Virus record (IMG/VR): IMGVR_UViG_3300040801_000976
Location: 1 to 64,000 of that record
Reading direction: 5' to 3' (one strand)
Origin: a virus
DNA length: 64,000 nt
Shown here: positions 6,992-16,397 of the stretch, one piece after another
Layout: the number at the start of each line of letters is the position of its first letter
Numbering within the stretch: position 1 is the stretch's first letter
The notes under the pieces: generated by a model
Seen by the model: the letters and a program-made list of their open reading frames with translations, nothing else
What the model was told of the DNA's origin: nothing
Database searches by the model: none
Translations under genes and position numbers: made by a program

Positions 6992-7333
6992 ATATATATA
7001 TATAATATAATAATTTAGTTAATAATAAATAAGTAATAAAGTATAGAAACGAGTAGTAATAGAATTACTATCTAAAATAGTTAAGTAAAAGGTAATGAAA
7101 AAGTAAAAGGAAAAGGGGTAGTATGGTACAGTCACTCTACCTTTCACTCATTCTGTTATTATAAAACACGACAAAATGATCGAGTTTATATATTCTAGTA
7201 TATGTGTTTTCGAACGATTTGGCGGGTTTTTAAAAATTGGTCTTAGTAATCATATAGTTAACCTTAAAGTAATACTTTAGGTCAATTAATTAAAATATTA
7301 ACACCAAGTAATATTATTAAATAATAATACCAC

Positions 7334-7750
7334 CTATTCAATAACTTTAACATATAATACTTTATCTTTATTTATAGAACCTTTACCTAACCAATATTGT
7401 ACTACATTACATATTGCTGTATCCCTTCTAATTAATAAATTACGAGCCGAATTATCAAATACATCAATTTGAACTAAACGCATATCAGAACCGTACAATT
7501 TTCTAATAGAGGCAATGTAGGTGTAATCATCCGGTTCTTGTAGATATACAGCAACACGCTTTACATTTAAAAAAAGCATTAAACCATGAACATTATAAGA
7601 TATATCTTGTTTAAATCCCAAAAAACTTACACACCTACCTTCTTGAATAATAAAAGGTATGTTTAATAAAAATACAGGACCAAAATACCATAATGCTACA
7701 ACCACAATAAATATTGTTACAACCAGTGAAACTACAATAATATTTAACAT
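7334..7750 (-). CDS. Membrane-anchored hypothetical protein
   Basis: ORF track; N-terminal TM segment. Confidence 0.7.
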   Translation of the reverse strand: MLNIIVVSLVVTIFIVVVALWYFGPVFLLNIPFIIQEGRCVSFLGFKQDISYNVHGLMLFLNVKRVAVYLQEPDDYTYIASIRKLYGSDMRLVQIDVFDNSARNLLIRRDTAICNVVQYWLGKGSINKDKVLYVKVIE

Positions 7751-7774
7751 ATGTTTAAATTTTAAGTTAATACT

Positions 7775-7815
7775 AAAAAAAAATAACTCCCAATTAAATT
7801 AATAAAAGGGAGTTA
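7775..7815 (-). terminator. Putative intrinsic terminator
   Basis: TAACTCCC/GGGAGTTA hairpin followed on the minus strand by a T9 run. Confidence 0.5.
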
Positions 7816-8060
7816 AGGTATGTGTTTCTTGTTTATCTAAGTATCATTTAGCCACATCAGAGCTTTTGCTTAAGTAAACATAAATTTTACATTAGGAAAG
7901 TAAAGTTATTCTTATATGTATAGTTGCATAATAAAGAATAAAGTAATAATAAACCACTGTGTAAAACATAACTAACTAATTAATCGTTTATGCGATGAGA
8001 ATACATACAATTAGTGAATAACTTTACTTATATATATTAAATTATGAACAGAATACTCAA

Positions 8061-8101
8061 TAAAAAAGAGTGCGGTAAACTTACAAATAAAACCCGCACT
8101 C
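8061..8101 (-). terminator. Putative intrinsic terminator
   Basis: GAGTGCGG/CCGCACTC hairpin followed on the minus strand by a T run. Confidence 0.55.
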
Positions 8102-8554
8102 CAACTTAGATTATGAAAAAAGTAACTTTAAAAACGAGGTACCAACTCATTTATCTTATTCTCATTACGAGATAGAAGTTATGTATTCAATCAAGAACAC
8201 ATAACCAACTTTGTACAAAGTGAGGTTAAAAATGAACATAGCAGCTAACTATACCCACTCCTCTGGTTAACCTCATCACCAAAGTAACTTTTATACTTCT
8301 CTATCATACAGCTATATGATAAAGTTCAGACCCCTTCTACCACAGGACCAACGCAGAGTTTTCTTATCTATATTTCTATTTATTTAATTGAAAATTATGA
8401 ATAGGTAGATTATCCATAATCCTCAACGAGCTCCGGGCCAGAGCGTTATTCCCAACCAATATAAGGTTCCCACACCAGATAAAGGTTACCATGTTTCGCG
8501 GGCACTTGCATGGTTATAAGGACAGCTTGGTCTGCCCCTTAAATGATTTTAATT

Positions 8555-9238
8555 TTATTCTTCGTTAGTATCTTTTACCAACAAGGTGAAAGTCCAGTTG
8601 GACATGTCATCAGCCTTCACAGAGTTTGCCAACTCAGGTTTTTTGTAATCTTCCGGCAAACCAACAGGACGGTTGTCGCCAGACATTTTTAGGTAAGATT
8701 TAAAATCATCCCTTGTCAAGAAGGCATTCGGCTCCTGCGTTACTTTTCTGTGGTGACGTAATACCTGCGAATAATGTTTGTACCTACGGAGAGGTATAGC
8801 AGGTTTACCGGAATCTTCGTCTTTAATTACTACAGCACCAACAACTTCAAGCTTGTTTGGGAAATTAAAGCCTTCGTCATCATCGTACTGAGAATTAAAT
8901 AATACAGAATCCTGTAACTTGTCGGAAACTTCGTCTTGGAAGTAAATACCTTTAGCATCTTCATTGATAGTTTTACCATCAAAGTCACCTTTAAGTAAAC
9001 GGGCATTTGAAATTTGAAAACCTGAGATTGATGCACTTCCTCCGATTGGAGTTTTTACATCTACCGCGAAGTTATCTACATCATCGTCATCAGATGCGCT
9101 ACGGCTCTTAAAAGGACGTATATTACGAATCTCGTACTCACCAATAAATCCGTCAAAAAGACCAAAACCCTCAGTCCTTAATAATCCATTTTTACGCATG
9201 GTTTTAACCAGCGTTGCGTCTAATTGATTTGTTTTCAT
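8555..9238 (-). CDS. Early hypothetical protein, paralogue of 9565..10245
   Basis: ORF track (probable ATG 9238); end-to-end similarity to its neighbour. Confidence 0.85.
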   Translation of the reverse strand: MKTNQLDATLVKTMRKNGLLRTEGFGLFDGFIGEYEIRNIRPFKSRSASDDDDVDNFAVDVKTPIGGSASISGFQISNARLLKGDFDGKTINEDAKGIYFQDEVSDKLQDSVLFNSQYDDDEGFNFPNKLEVVGAVVIKDEDSGKPAIPLRRYKHYSQVLRHHRKVTQEPNAFLTRDDFKSYLKMSGDNRPVGLPEDYKKPELANSVKADDMSNWTFTLLVKDTNEE

Positions 9239-9316
9239 ATAAACAGTTTTAAAAATAATAAATCCGATGCCACAATACAGCTCGTACCGCGCCAATCGGC
9301 TAACCAAAATAGTACT

Positions 9317-9334
9317 AAGTTTAGAAGGATGTTC
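9317..9334 (-). promoter_or_regulatory. 18-bp repeat, candidate early promoter element (copy 1)
   Basis: AAGTTTAGAAGGATGTTC (+ strand), identical to 11679-11696; intergenic, upstream of a minus-strand gene. Confidence 0.55.
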
Positions 9335-9371
9335 AGATGGTAGGATGTTCGATTGTATAAAAAAAGGGCGG

Positions 9372-9575
9372 TTATAAACCTACCCTATTTCCATTAGCAT
9401 CACACTCATACATATGAAGGTGAACAGCCTCTGGATTATTCCTACGTACCGCCGCCAGATATTTTCTCGGATTACTTGTTGTATAGATTCTATCACCTAT
9501 ACGAACAAACTTACCTCCAGACGCATTTGGTTGCGCCTGAAAGCAAGTCGGTACTAGTTGTGGTCTACTCATCAC
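9372..9575 (-). CDS. Small hypothetical protein
   Basis: ORF track; coupled to the upstream stop. Confidence 0.65.
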   Translation of the reverse strand: MMSRPQLVPTCFQAQPNASGGKFVRIGDRIYTTSNPRKYLAAVRRNNPEAVHLHMYECDANGNRVGL

Positions 9576-10245
9576 GCCAATCCTCTATGATTAACGTTGG
9601 ATTCCAATTACGTACATTCCATATCTCCTCGTCCGGGAGCTGGAACTTGTAATTCTTTGGTAGTCCATCCACACCATTCTCAGAGTGTAGATAACCATCA
9701 ATCTCATCTCTCGTGAGGTAGAGAGCACCAGGAACCTTCTTCTGATGGTGTGCCAGAATTGTCCTGTAAAACGGATATCTGGTCAGTGGAATATACGGAT
9801 GGTCCGTACCTTTCTCCCTGCTAACCATCGCACCTATTACGTGGAATTTCTCTGGTAAGCGGAAATCCTCCGTATCCTCCATCAGGGTATTAACCCTAAA
9901 ACCTTTTCGAAGCATCTCCTCGGCTTGGTCGAAGAATACTACATTGTTGTATTCGTCTCCTTCCTTCACCTGTGCATCAGGCACGGTCACACCTTGCTCA
10001 ACAACTATTGCGTTATTGAACAGGAAACCATTAATATCATGCACACCAGATTCGGACTTACACTCAATTCTGTACAAATCTGCTTCCTCATCACCCTTGT
10101 AATTCCTTGTTCGATAAGGAACCACGTTGGTTGTTGTGTACTCGCCAGCAAAACCAGCATGTAGGCTGTAACCGTTTGTACGGAAACGCCTTTCTTCCCT
10201 CATAACCTTGATAAGGGAAGATGAAATAACTAAATTACTTTTCAT
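9565..10245 (-). CDS. Early hypothetical protein, paralogue of 8555..9238
   Basis: ORF track (probable ATG 10245). Confidence 0.85.
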   Translation of the reverse strand: MKSNLVISSSLIKVMREERRFRTNGYSLHAGFAGEYTTTNVVPYRTRNYKGDEEADLYRIECKSESGVHDINGFLFNNAIVVEQGVTVPDAQVKEGDEYNNVVFFDQAEEMLRKGFRVNTLMEDTEDFRLPEKFHVIGAMVSREKGTDHPYIPLTRYPFYRTILAHHQKKVPGALYLTRDEIDGYLHSENGVDGLPKNYKFQLPDEEIWNVRNWNPTLIIEDWRDE

Positions 10246-10335
10246 AGTCGGTACTATTTTAAAGTTAAAATTACTAAAGTTTATCGTAGTATAGAACAAT
10301 GTTCAATCATCTACGATAAAAGAAAGAAAAGAGGG

Positions 10336-10824
10336 TTAAACCCTCCAATCTTTTATAATCCAGTTACCGTTGTCATCGAAACCTTCAACCTCGAAAACCT
10401 CGGGAACTTCGAAATCCTCATCTCTGTCAACCAGTATGTAGACCCAATCATTGCCTACACGAGCATGAAGAAATGTGTTTAAGTTAATATCCGTAGGACT
10501 ACCATTCATCTTGCACTTAAGTACAAAATTACCCTCATCAATATCGAACACCGATATTCTACTACCTTGAGGTATAGTGTTGATAATCATATCGGAGTTA
10601 ACTACCATAACATCAAACTCTCTAGGAAAGTTGTATGAGTCATAGTGATTGCGTAACTTGTTGCCGAACGTACTCCATGATGACAATATACTTTCGTAAG
10701 GCATAGATAACTTCTTACCGTCCTCGTTAACTAACTTCAACACGGTATCCATATCTTTAGTTATCCGAAGCTCTGTCACGCGGTACTTACCAGGTAACAG
10801 AAGAACTTTCTTATCTTTTTCCAT
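10336..10824 (-). CDS. Hypothetical protein, possibly a distant member of the same family
   Basis: ORF track; C-terminal WIIKDWRV resembles LIIEDWRDE. Confidence 0.8.
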   Translation of the reverse strand: MEKDKKVLLLPGKYRVTELRITKDMDTVLKLVNEDGKKLSMPYESILSSWSTFGNKLRNHYDSYNFPREFDVMVVNSDMIINTIPQGSRISVFDIDEGNFVLKCKMNGSPTDINLNTFLHARVGNDWVYILVDRDEDFEVPEVFEVEGFDDNGNWIIKDWRV

Positions 10825-10969
10825 TGTTCCTACGTTTTAATTTATTGATGAATTGATTTACTAACGGCTCAGACCAGGTTCCGTCTGGTTGACGCCATGG
10901 AAGTATGGCAATAACCACAAATAGGTTGATTACCATACCCATCACTATAAATATACTACCATTTGACAT
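10811..10969 (-). CDS. Small membrane protein
   Basis: 3' part of track ORF 10811..11080; single TM segment. Confidence 0.55.
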   Translation of the reverse strand: MSNGSIFIVMGMVINLFVVIAILPWRQPDGTWSEPLVNQFINKLKRRNNGKR

Positions 10970-11201
10970 CGCTACAAGCTTTAATTGTATAATGCCTTGA
11001 CAGTTTTTTAAGAGCCGACAACTCCTGACGGTCAAAGTCATCAGGAGAAGTATAATACAATTCATTACCTTGCGGTTCAATGTAAACTACGCCAGATTCA
11101 CGTAGTACTTCAATAGAACCAGAGTACGAAGCCGTTCTATTAACCATCGTGGTTGATGCTATAGCTACTACAACAACAACCATCAGAACTAGCCACCTCA
11201 C
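10956..11201 (-). CDS. Small protein with N-terminal signal/TM segment
   Basis: ORF track; overlapping start/stop with neighbours. Confidence 0.65.
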   Translation of the reverse strand: MRWLVLMVVVVVAIASTTMVNRTASYSGSIEVLRESGVVYIEPQGNELYYTSPDDFDRQELSALKKLSRHYTIKACSDVKW

Positions 11202-11512
11202 GATACCAGTTGTTTCTGAGTCAATACAACGGTCTTAATTCTCTCATCAACTACAAAGCGAGAGTCAGAAGTTCTCATACTTTGTAGAAATCTAAACGCA
11301 CCCGTCATTGAGAGGGTTTCAATATCTCTTGAGCAAACACAATCTGTGCTTGTCAATATTCTACCACAATGCATACATACGGAAGGACCACTGTATGACA
11401 CTGCCACTAGACCTGACTTACATGGTAGGTATTTCTCAACCGTACCGTCTGCTTTTTCCAGTCTAACGGAAAACCCAAGGTCCATAAGACGTCTTAATCT
11501 ATTCGCATCCAT
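11198..11512 (-). CDS. Hypothetical zinc-finger-like protein (CMHC...CVC), first gene of the leftward operon
   Basis: ORF track. Confidence 0.7.
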   Translation of the reverse strand: MDANRLRRLMDLGFSVRLEKADGTVEKYLPCKSGLVAVSYSGPSVCMHCGRILTSTDCVCSRDIETLSMTGAFRFLQSMRTSDSRFVVDERIKTVVLTQKQLVS

Positions 11513-11678
11513 ATTGTTAATGCCTGTATTAAACCCTTAATAGGACTTTATTAAGGTCGATTCAACGCATTTTACCCATAACGTTGACATGGAGATGCCG
11601 TTTAACGTGCAGCATCAATATCCGGCTTGGAATAGCTACTATACCTTCACTATTATTACAAGCTTCCAAGATTTCGTC

Positions 11679-11696
11679 AAGTTTAGAAGGATGTTC
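11679..11696 (-). promoter_or_regulatory. 18-bp repeat, candidate early promoter element (copy 2)
   Basis: Identical to 9317-9334. Confidence 0.55.
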
Positions 11697-11847
11697 TTTT
11701 TTTTTTATTTTTATTTCGAGGTACGCCCCCTTGCTTTTTTATCAAAACGGATTTCCCCTAGAAAAAAGGGGAGGGGGTAAAGTATAATTGACACCACACA
11801 TTTACCACACGCACAAAATTCAAAATTTTTTTCATATACCATTTATT

Positions 11848-11860
11848 TTTACTATAATAC
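11848..11860 (+). promoter_or_regulatory. TTTACTATAATAC candidate late promoter
   Basis: One of 5 exact copies, each upstream of a + strand gene. Confidence 0.7.
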
Positions 11861-11891
11861 ACATATGGATGTTAAATAAATTTTATGTTTT

Positions 11892-12320
11892 ATGAAAATT
11901 GATAGAGAACTAGATGTGATTATGCGCGTTCCTCTTTATGGTACGCATTTGGCTTTTAGATTACTTACGGAAGAGAAAACACTATCTGTGAAGGATAGAT
12001 ATGTATATACGGATAGTGAGTTAGAGCAGGTAGTTCATTATGGTATTACCACCACAAACTACAATTATAATAAGGATAATGCATACTATAAATGCGTTAC
12101 CATAGCTCTGAACACTTCTTATTTTGAAGGTATAAGCCATGGCGTGATAGCGCATGAGGCACTACACGCTACGAATATGATACTTTCCGATGCTGGAATA
12201 TCTTTCTCCAATGAATCAGAAGAAGCCTTTAGTCACTTATTATCTTGGGTAGTAAATAGTATTTATTCCGTATTAAAAAGTAAGGATTTGCTGAAAGAAC
12301 TTAATACTACTAATAACTAA
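11892..12320 (+). CDS. Zincin-like metallopeptidase domain protein
   Basis: HEALH (HExxH) motif with downstream EEAF glutamate. Confidence 0.7.
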   Translation: MKIDRELDVIMRVPLYGTHLAFRLLTEEKTLSVKDRYVYTDSELEQVVHYGITTTNYNYNKDNAYYKCVTIALNTSYFEGISHGVIAHEALHATNMILSDAGISFSNESEEAFSHLLSWVVNSIYSVLKSKDLLKELNTTNN

Positions 12321-12327
12321 TGTCGTC

Positions 12328-12555
12328 ATGAACGTATGGTATAATAAATTATCCTTATGGCTCATTCCTATGGGTATATGGTTTTCAGAAGATGGTGATA
12401 TATGGCGTATATCTGCGCGTTTACCTAATGAAAATCCGTTTGAAGATGGTTACTATGATTTTCAATCTAATGATTTGAAAGATGTTGCTGTTGTGGGTAG
12501 TATTAGTTATAATGAGCATTTAATTGGAGTTTATGAAATTAGCAAAGATAAATAG
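12328..12555 (+). CDS. Hypothetical protein
   Basis: ORF track; operon context. Confidence 0.65.
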   Translation: MNVWYNKLSLWLIPMGIWFSEDGDIWRISARLPNENPFEDGYYDFQSNDLKDVAVVGSISYNEHLIGVYEISKDK

Positions 12556-13294
12556 TAATAGTAGTAGTTTACTGGAAAAAATAGATAATAGTAATAAATC
12601 TATAAAGTGGACTAATAGATATGATGCGCCACCAGGTTATTCATTTAATGACAGTGGCTGGGTACAAACTGTTGTTCCATTTCCTAAAATCACGGTATCC
12701 TTTTTACCTCACTTAGTTAGGAAGCTAGGTGAAGAAAATGTACTTATACAGAATCTTCTTGCTCTAAGACTACTTAATGATTTAAACCACGCTGTGTTAG
12801 AGAGTGCATTAAGTAATAGATACAAGCAAGCTTTTTTAGGTAAAGATTGTGATGAAGAAATATGGCAGCGCGTTGTACACGTTTCTAGGTCTATAACGGA
12901 TAAAGAGAACCTTCCCGTGTTTGATAAGGAAATACTTACGATGGATGATATATGGTATTCCAGGGATTGTAGTGAGGGAAGTAAGGCTTCTATACGAAAA
13001 TTAATTAGACAGAACTATATAGATAATGTTAGGAGCCTAATGCCTATAAATAGGAAGTATAAGACAAATGAAGTTATGTTGGATGCGGACGTTAGTAAAT
13101 ATTCCGTTAACGAGTACTGGCGTAAAAATGCTTTAGATGCTAAAAATAGAGCAATGTCTGCTATTTCTGAGGCAATAATAGATTTGATAGATAGGAATGT
13201 TCGACTTGACCAGTCTAGTATAGCTGCGTTAGCAGGCTTATCCGTTAGATCGATACAACGATATAAAGATACTATGATAATGTTAAATAAATAA
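12533..13294 (+). CDS. DNA-binding protein with C-terminal HTH
   Basis: QSSIAALAGLSVRSIQRY helix-turn-helix pattern. Confidence 0.65.
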   Translation: MKLAKINSNSSSLLEKIDNSNKSIKWTNRYDAPPGYSFNDSGWVQTVVPFPKITVSFLPHLVRKLGEENVLIQNLLALRLLNDLNHAVLESALSNRYKQAFLGKDCDEEIWQRVVHVSRSITDKENLPVFDKEILTMDDIWYSRDCSEGSKASIRKLIRQNYIDNVRSLMPINRKYKTNEVMLDADVSKYSVNEYWRKNALDAKNRAMSAISEAIIDLIDRNVRLDQSSIAALAGLSVRSIQRYKDTMIMLNK

Positions 13295-13303
13295 TGTATT
13301 ATA

Positions 13304-14164
13304 ATGAATGATGAATTACTGAAGAAGTACGATAATCTAAGTGTGGATAATAAAGTTGGTTTTTTAGAGAAGGGTCATAGATACGAACGCGTGGGACAAG
13401 AAGATTTTACCTATAACTCTGTGACTACTCTAATTAAGGATTATAAAAATAACTTTGATGCCATTACTGTTGCTAAGAAAAAGGTGAAGGATGTAGATTC
13501 TGAGTATTTTGGGGAAGATTCGGAAGAGGTTGTTAAAAAATGGCAGCATTATGCCAAATTAAAGTCTGATGAGGGAACGGCCTTACATGCTTATGGTGAG
13601 GATGTTTTGAACAATAAAAGTGATATAGTTGTTCCAAGCTTAAAGAAAGCTAAGTGGGTTCCCATAATTGTAGATAGATTACATAAAGAAGGATATGCCC
13701 TAGCTAGAACAGAGTTACTTGTATATAGTGATATACTAAATATTGCGGGTCAGTCGGATATAATTCTTAAGAAAGAGGTTGATGGAGAGATTTTCTTCAT
13801 GATTTACGACTGGAAGTTTTTGTCAAAGAAATTATCGCGTAAGTCTTTTTATAATGCATATGCTAAGAGATATAAGAAAATGATGGGTCCATTCAAGCAT
13901 TTAATGGATTGTAATTGGATTCATTACAGTATACAATTAGCAATATACCAAACTTTAACGGGAGATCCAAATAGAATAAAGGAGAAGGTTCTTGTAGTTG
14001 TTTACGATGATGGTTATGAATTAGTACCCGCGTACCCTATGCGCGTTTTTTGGGATGAGAATAAAGAACTACAGGCTGTTTACGAAGTTTATAACGGTAA
14101 GTTCTACGATAGTAGAACGGATGAATCATATAATACTTGGCCTTCAGATATAAAAGGTAGATAA
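13304..14164 (+). CDS. PD-(D/E)XK superfamily nuclease
   Basis: SVTTLI, GTALH, ELLVYS..IAGQSD, IYDWK, YSIQLAIY motifs. Confidence 0.85.
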   Translation: MNDELLKKYDNLSVDNKVGFLEKGHRYERVGQEDFTYNSVTTLIKDYKNNFDAITVAKKKVKDVDSEYFGEDSEEVVKKWQHYAKLKSDEGTALHAYGEDVLNNKSDIVVPSLKKAKWVPIIVDRLHKEGYALARTELLVYSDILNIAGQSDIILKKEVDGEIFFMIYDWKFLSKKLSRKSFYNAYAKRYKKMMGPFKHLMDCNWIHYSIQLAIYQTLTGDPNRIKEKVLVVVYDDGYELVPAYPMRVFWDENKELQAVYEVYNGKFYDSRTDESYNTWPSDIKGR

Positions 14165-14205
14165 TATAAAATATATATATAATTTATGTAAAATTTAGTA
14201 AAAAT

Positions 14206-14427
14206 ATGAATGATAATGAAATTTACTTCATGCCGGGTGATGAAGTTATATTAAGGCAAGTGTATGCTAAAAGTCCCGTGATGGTGGTACAATCTGTAGA
14301 TAAGGTGTCGAAGGATAATGAGAGACCACAGTTACTGGGAATTACTTGTTTCTGGTTTGATTTGCAAAATAGGTTACAGCGTAATAGATTTAATAGCAAA
14401 GATCTAAAACCATATGTAAATGATTAA
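14206..14427 (+). CDS. DUF2158/YodC-like small protein
   Basis: F.PGD.V.L...SP.M.V...TC.WFD pattern. Confidence 0.65.
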   Translation: MNDNEIYFMPGDEVILRQVYAKSPVMVVQSVDKVSKDNERPQLLGITCFWFDLQNRLQRNRFNSKDLKPYVND

Positions 14428-14617
14428 CTTACTTATAGACGACGAAAATAAGATGATAGATGGTGCACATAGATTATTACACAAGAAGTGGAAAGCGAAG
14501 GATAAGGAGCCGGAGTGTTTTCATGAATCCGATGGAATGATATATGATACCACAGATAAATTTCAAACATTACGCTGTAGATTATGCGGCGTATTTTATG
14601 ATAAACAAATACAATGA
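14420..14617 (+). CDS. Small hypothetical protein (C-x-H...CxxC)
   Basis: ORF track; coupled overlaps. Confidence 0.55.
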   Translation: MINLLIDDENKMIDGAHRLLHKKWKAKDKEPECFHESDGMIYDTTDKFQTLRCRLCGVFYDKQIQ

Positions 14618-15171
14618 CAATCTTATTTAAAAAACTACAAGAAGGCGGTGTCCACACAGGTGTTGGTAAGAAGTTACCGGCACTGGAACGTGCACAGCAG
14701 CGAGCTTTGTTGGGACAGGAAAATACTAAATCTATTATATCTTCTGATTTGACGGAAGAGAATGAGTATTTAAAAGAAGCGTGGAAAGTTTTAGCAGAGG
14801 AGTTTAAAAATAAGTATCCGGAAGTGGATTATGGTAATGTAAAAACTAGTATAGATAGTGTCAATCCTAATTTCAGGCCGGAGTGGAAAACTAGAACAGA
14901 CCAGTTCGCAAATCAAATGATAAGTGAGTACGGTGATAATTTTCTAACGCAAGATGAGATGCGCGCAGCGCTAGAACGAAAAGGTATGGATATAGGTAGA
15001 TTCGGTTCCAGTAGTAATACTGTCCTAAATAGATTGGGGGAGCGGGGTGTAGAAGTTCCGTATAAAGGAGAGGTTGAGCCTACTATCCGGAACTGGGGTT
15101 GGCGACAACTCGCTGCGCCATTACACTCTGTTCCTAAGGAACAAGACCGATACTTTAATATGTTTGACTAG
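14614..15171 (+). CDS. Hypothetical protein
   Basis: ORF track. Confidence 0.75.
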   Translation: MTILFKKLQEGGVHTGVGKKLPALERAQQRALLGQENTKSIISSDLTEENEYLKEAWKVLAEEFKNKYPEVDYGNVKTSIDSVNPNFRPEWKTRTDQFANQMISEYGDNFLTQDEMRAALERKGMDIGRFGSSSNTVLNRLGERGVEVPYKGEVEPTIRNWGWRQLAAPLHSVPKEQDRYFNMFD

Positions 15172-15203
15172 TTTACACATTCTAAACTAAATAATTTAAA
15201 AAG

Positions 15204-15797
15204 ATGGCATTAAAATTTAACTTTAGGAAAGAGAGAATAGTTCTGGATGAAAAGTTCTTTATGTTCAAGGAGTTTGTAGATATATGGAAAAGTGATAAAA
15301 CTAAAAACAAATCCAAAGCTAACGCTATGTTGAGGTTTGTTTTCTTGTTATCTGATATCACGGAAGATAATCCGATAAGGGACGAGACTTCAGAAAAGAA
15401 AGAGCAGGAAGCTAAGTTTAGAGCATTTAAAGATACTAATAAAAAGTTTAGTAAAAAAGAGTATGACTATCTTACGCGTGCTGTTAAAAAGTACGTAGAA
15501 CTAAACACAACGCCAGAAGAATTACTTCTAAATGTATTTGATGCATACGCGGAAAACTTAAGTGATATTCTAGAGTCTCAGGTACCAGAAACAGAAACTA
15601 ATGAAGAGAATGGTGTGGTAACCTACGTTAGTAATTCTAAAATAATATCTGACGCATTATTTAAATTATCTGAATTAAGAAAAGGAAGGGAGACCTTACT
15701 AGCTTCTATAAAGAAGGAGGCTATCTCTTCTAGAGTACGCGGTCAACTAAAGTTATCTCCTCTAGTTCGTGGAGAAATAAATTTACCTAGACAGTAA
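15204..15797 (+). CDS. Helical protein, candidate terminase small subunit (paralogue 1)
   Basis: Position upstream of TerL; paralogous to the next gene; function inferred. Confidence 0.5.
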   Translation: MALKFNFRKERIVLDEKFFMFKEFVDIWKSDKTKNKSKANAMLRFVFLLSDITEDNPIRDETSEKKEQEAKFRAFKDTNKKFSKKEYDYLTRAVKKYVELNTTPEELLLNVFDAYAENLSDILESQVPETETNEENGVVTYVSNSKIISDALFKLSELRKGRETLLASIKKEAISSRVRGQLKLSPLVRGEINLPRQ

Positions 15798-15811
15798 TTA
15801 ATTTTATAATT

Positions 15812-16396
15812 ATGTTTTACTTATATAAAGAAAGTATTCAATTAGATGTTAATCAAATAGAGGTAGAGTCCCTTAAAGAGTTAGTCAAATCAATGAAGAA
15901 GGAGGATTACATCAAAGTTATACTGTATATTTATTTATTGTATGACAGAGGAGATGAAAATCCTATTAGGGACTTTACCTTTACAAAAAGAAATTTAGAG
16001 GCTAAGAGCATAGCGTTCGGTAACGAAAGCTTTAACATAAAGGATGCGTATGATAAATGGTGGCCCCAGATTGTGACGTGTATAGAGGATTATAAAGAGT
16101 CTGTGGATAAGGTACAGCGGGATGTTGATTTGTATGATAAGAAAATATTTCAGTTTATAGATTTGCTTACAGATGTTAAAAACAAACCTACTATCAAGAA
16201 AAATGTGCATGATAAGAAAGGTACGGTATCTTATTCATCAAACTTATCTATAATATCAAATGTTTTAGAAAGTGTTTTAAAGATAATATACGATAAAGCT
16301 CAGGTGGTCAATGTACAAAAAGGCGGTAAGTTTGTTAAAAGCCTTCGTGGTACACTATCACCACTTAATAAAGGAAAAATAAATACAAGTACATAA
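15812..16396 (+). CDS. Helical protein, candidate terminase small subunit (paralogue 2)
   Basis: Shares NPIRD, EAK..AF, V.Y.SN..IIS..L and LSPL..G.I with the previous gene. Confidence 0.5.
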   Translation: MFYLYKESIQLDVNQIEVESLKELVKSMKKEDYIKVILYIYLLYDRGDENPIRDFTFTKRNLEAKSIAFGNESFNIKDAYDKWWPQIVTCIEDYKESVDKVQRDVDLYDKKIFQFIDLLTDVKNKPTIKKNVHDKKGTVSYSSNLSIISNVLESVLKIIYDKAQVVNVQKGGKFVKSLRGTLSPLNKGKINTST

Positions 16397-16397
16397 T

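Noticed and set aside
6990-7004. (TA)n tracts here and at about 29071-29085
   Set aside because: Short tracts in very AT-rich intergenic DNA with no evidence of function.
11584-11787. Two overlapping + ORFs in the divergence region
   Set aside because: Low-complexity translations of homopolymer-rich regulatory DNA.
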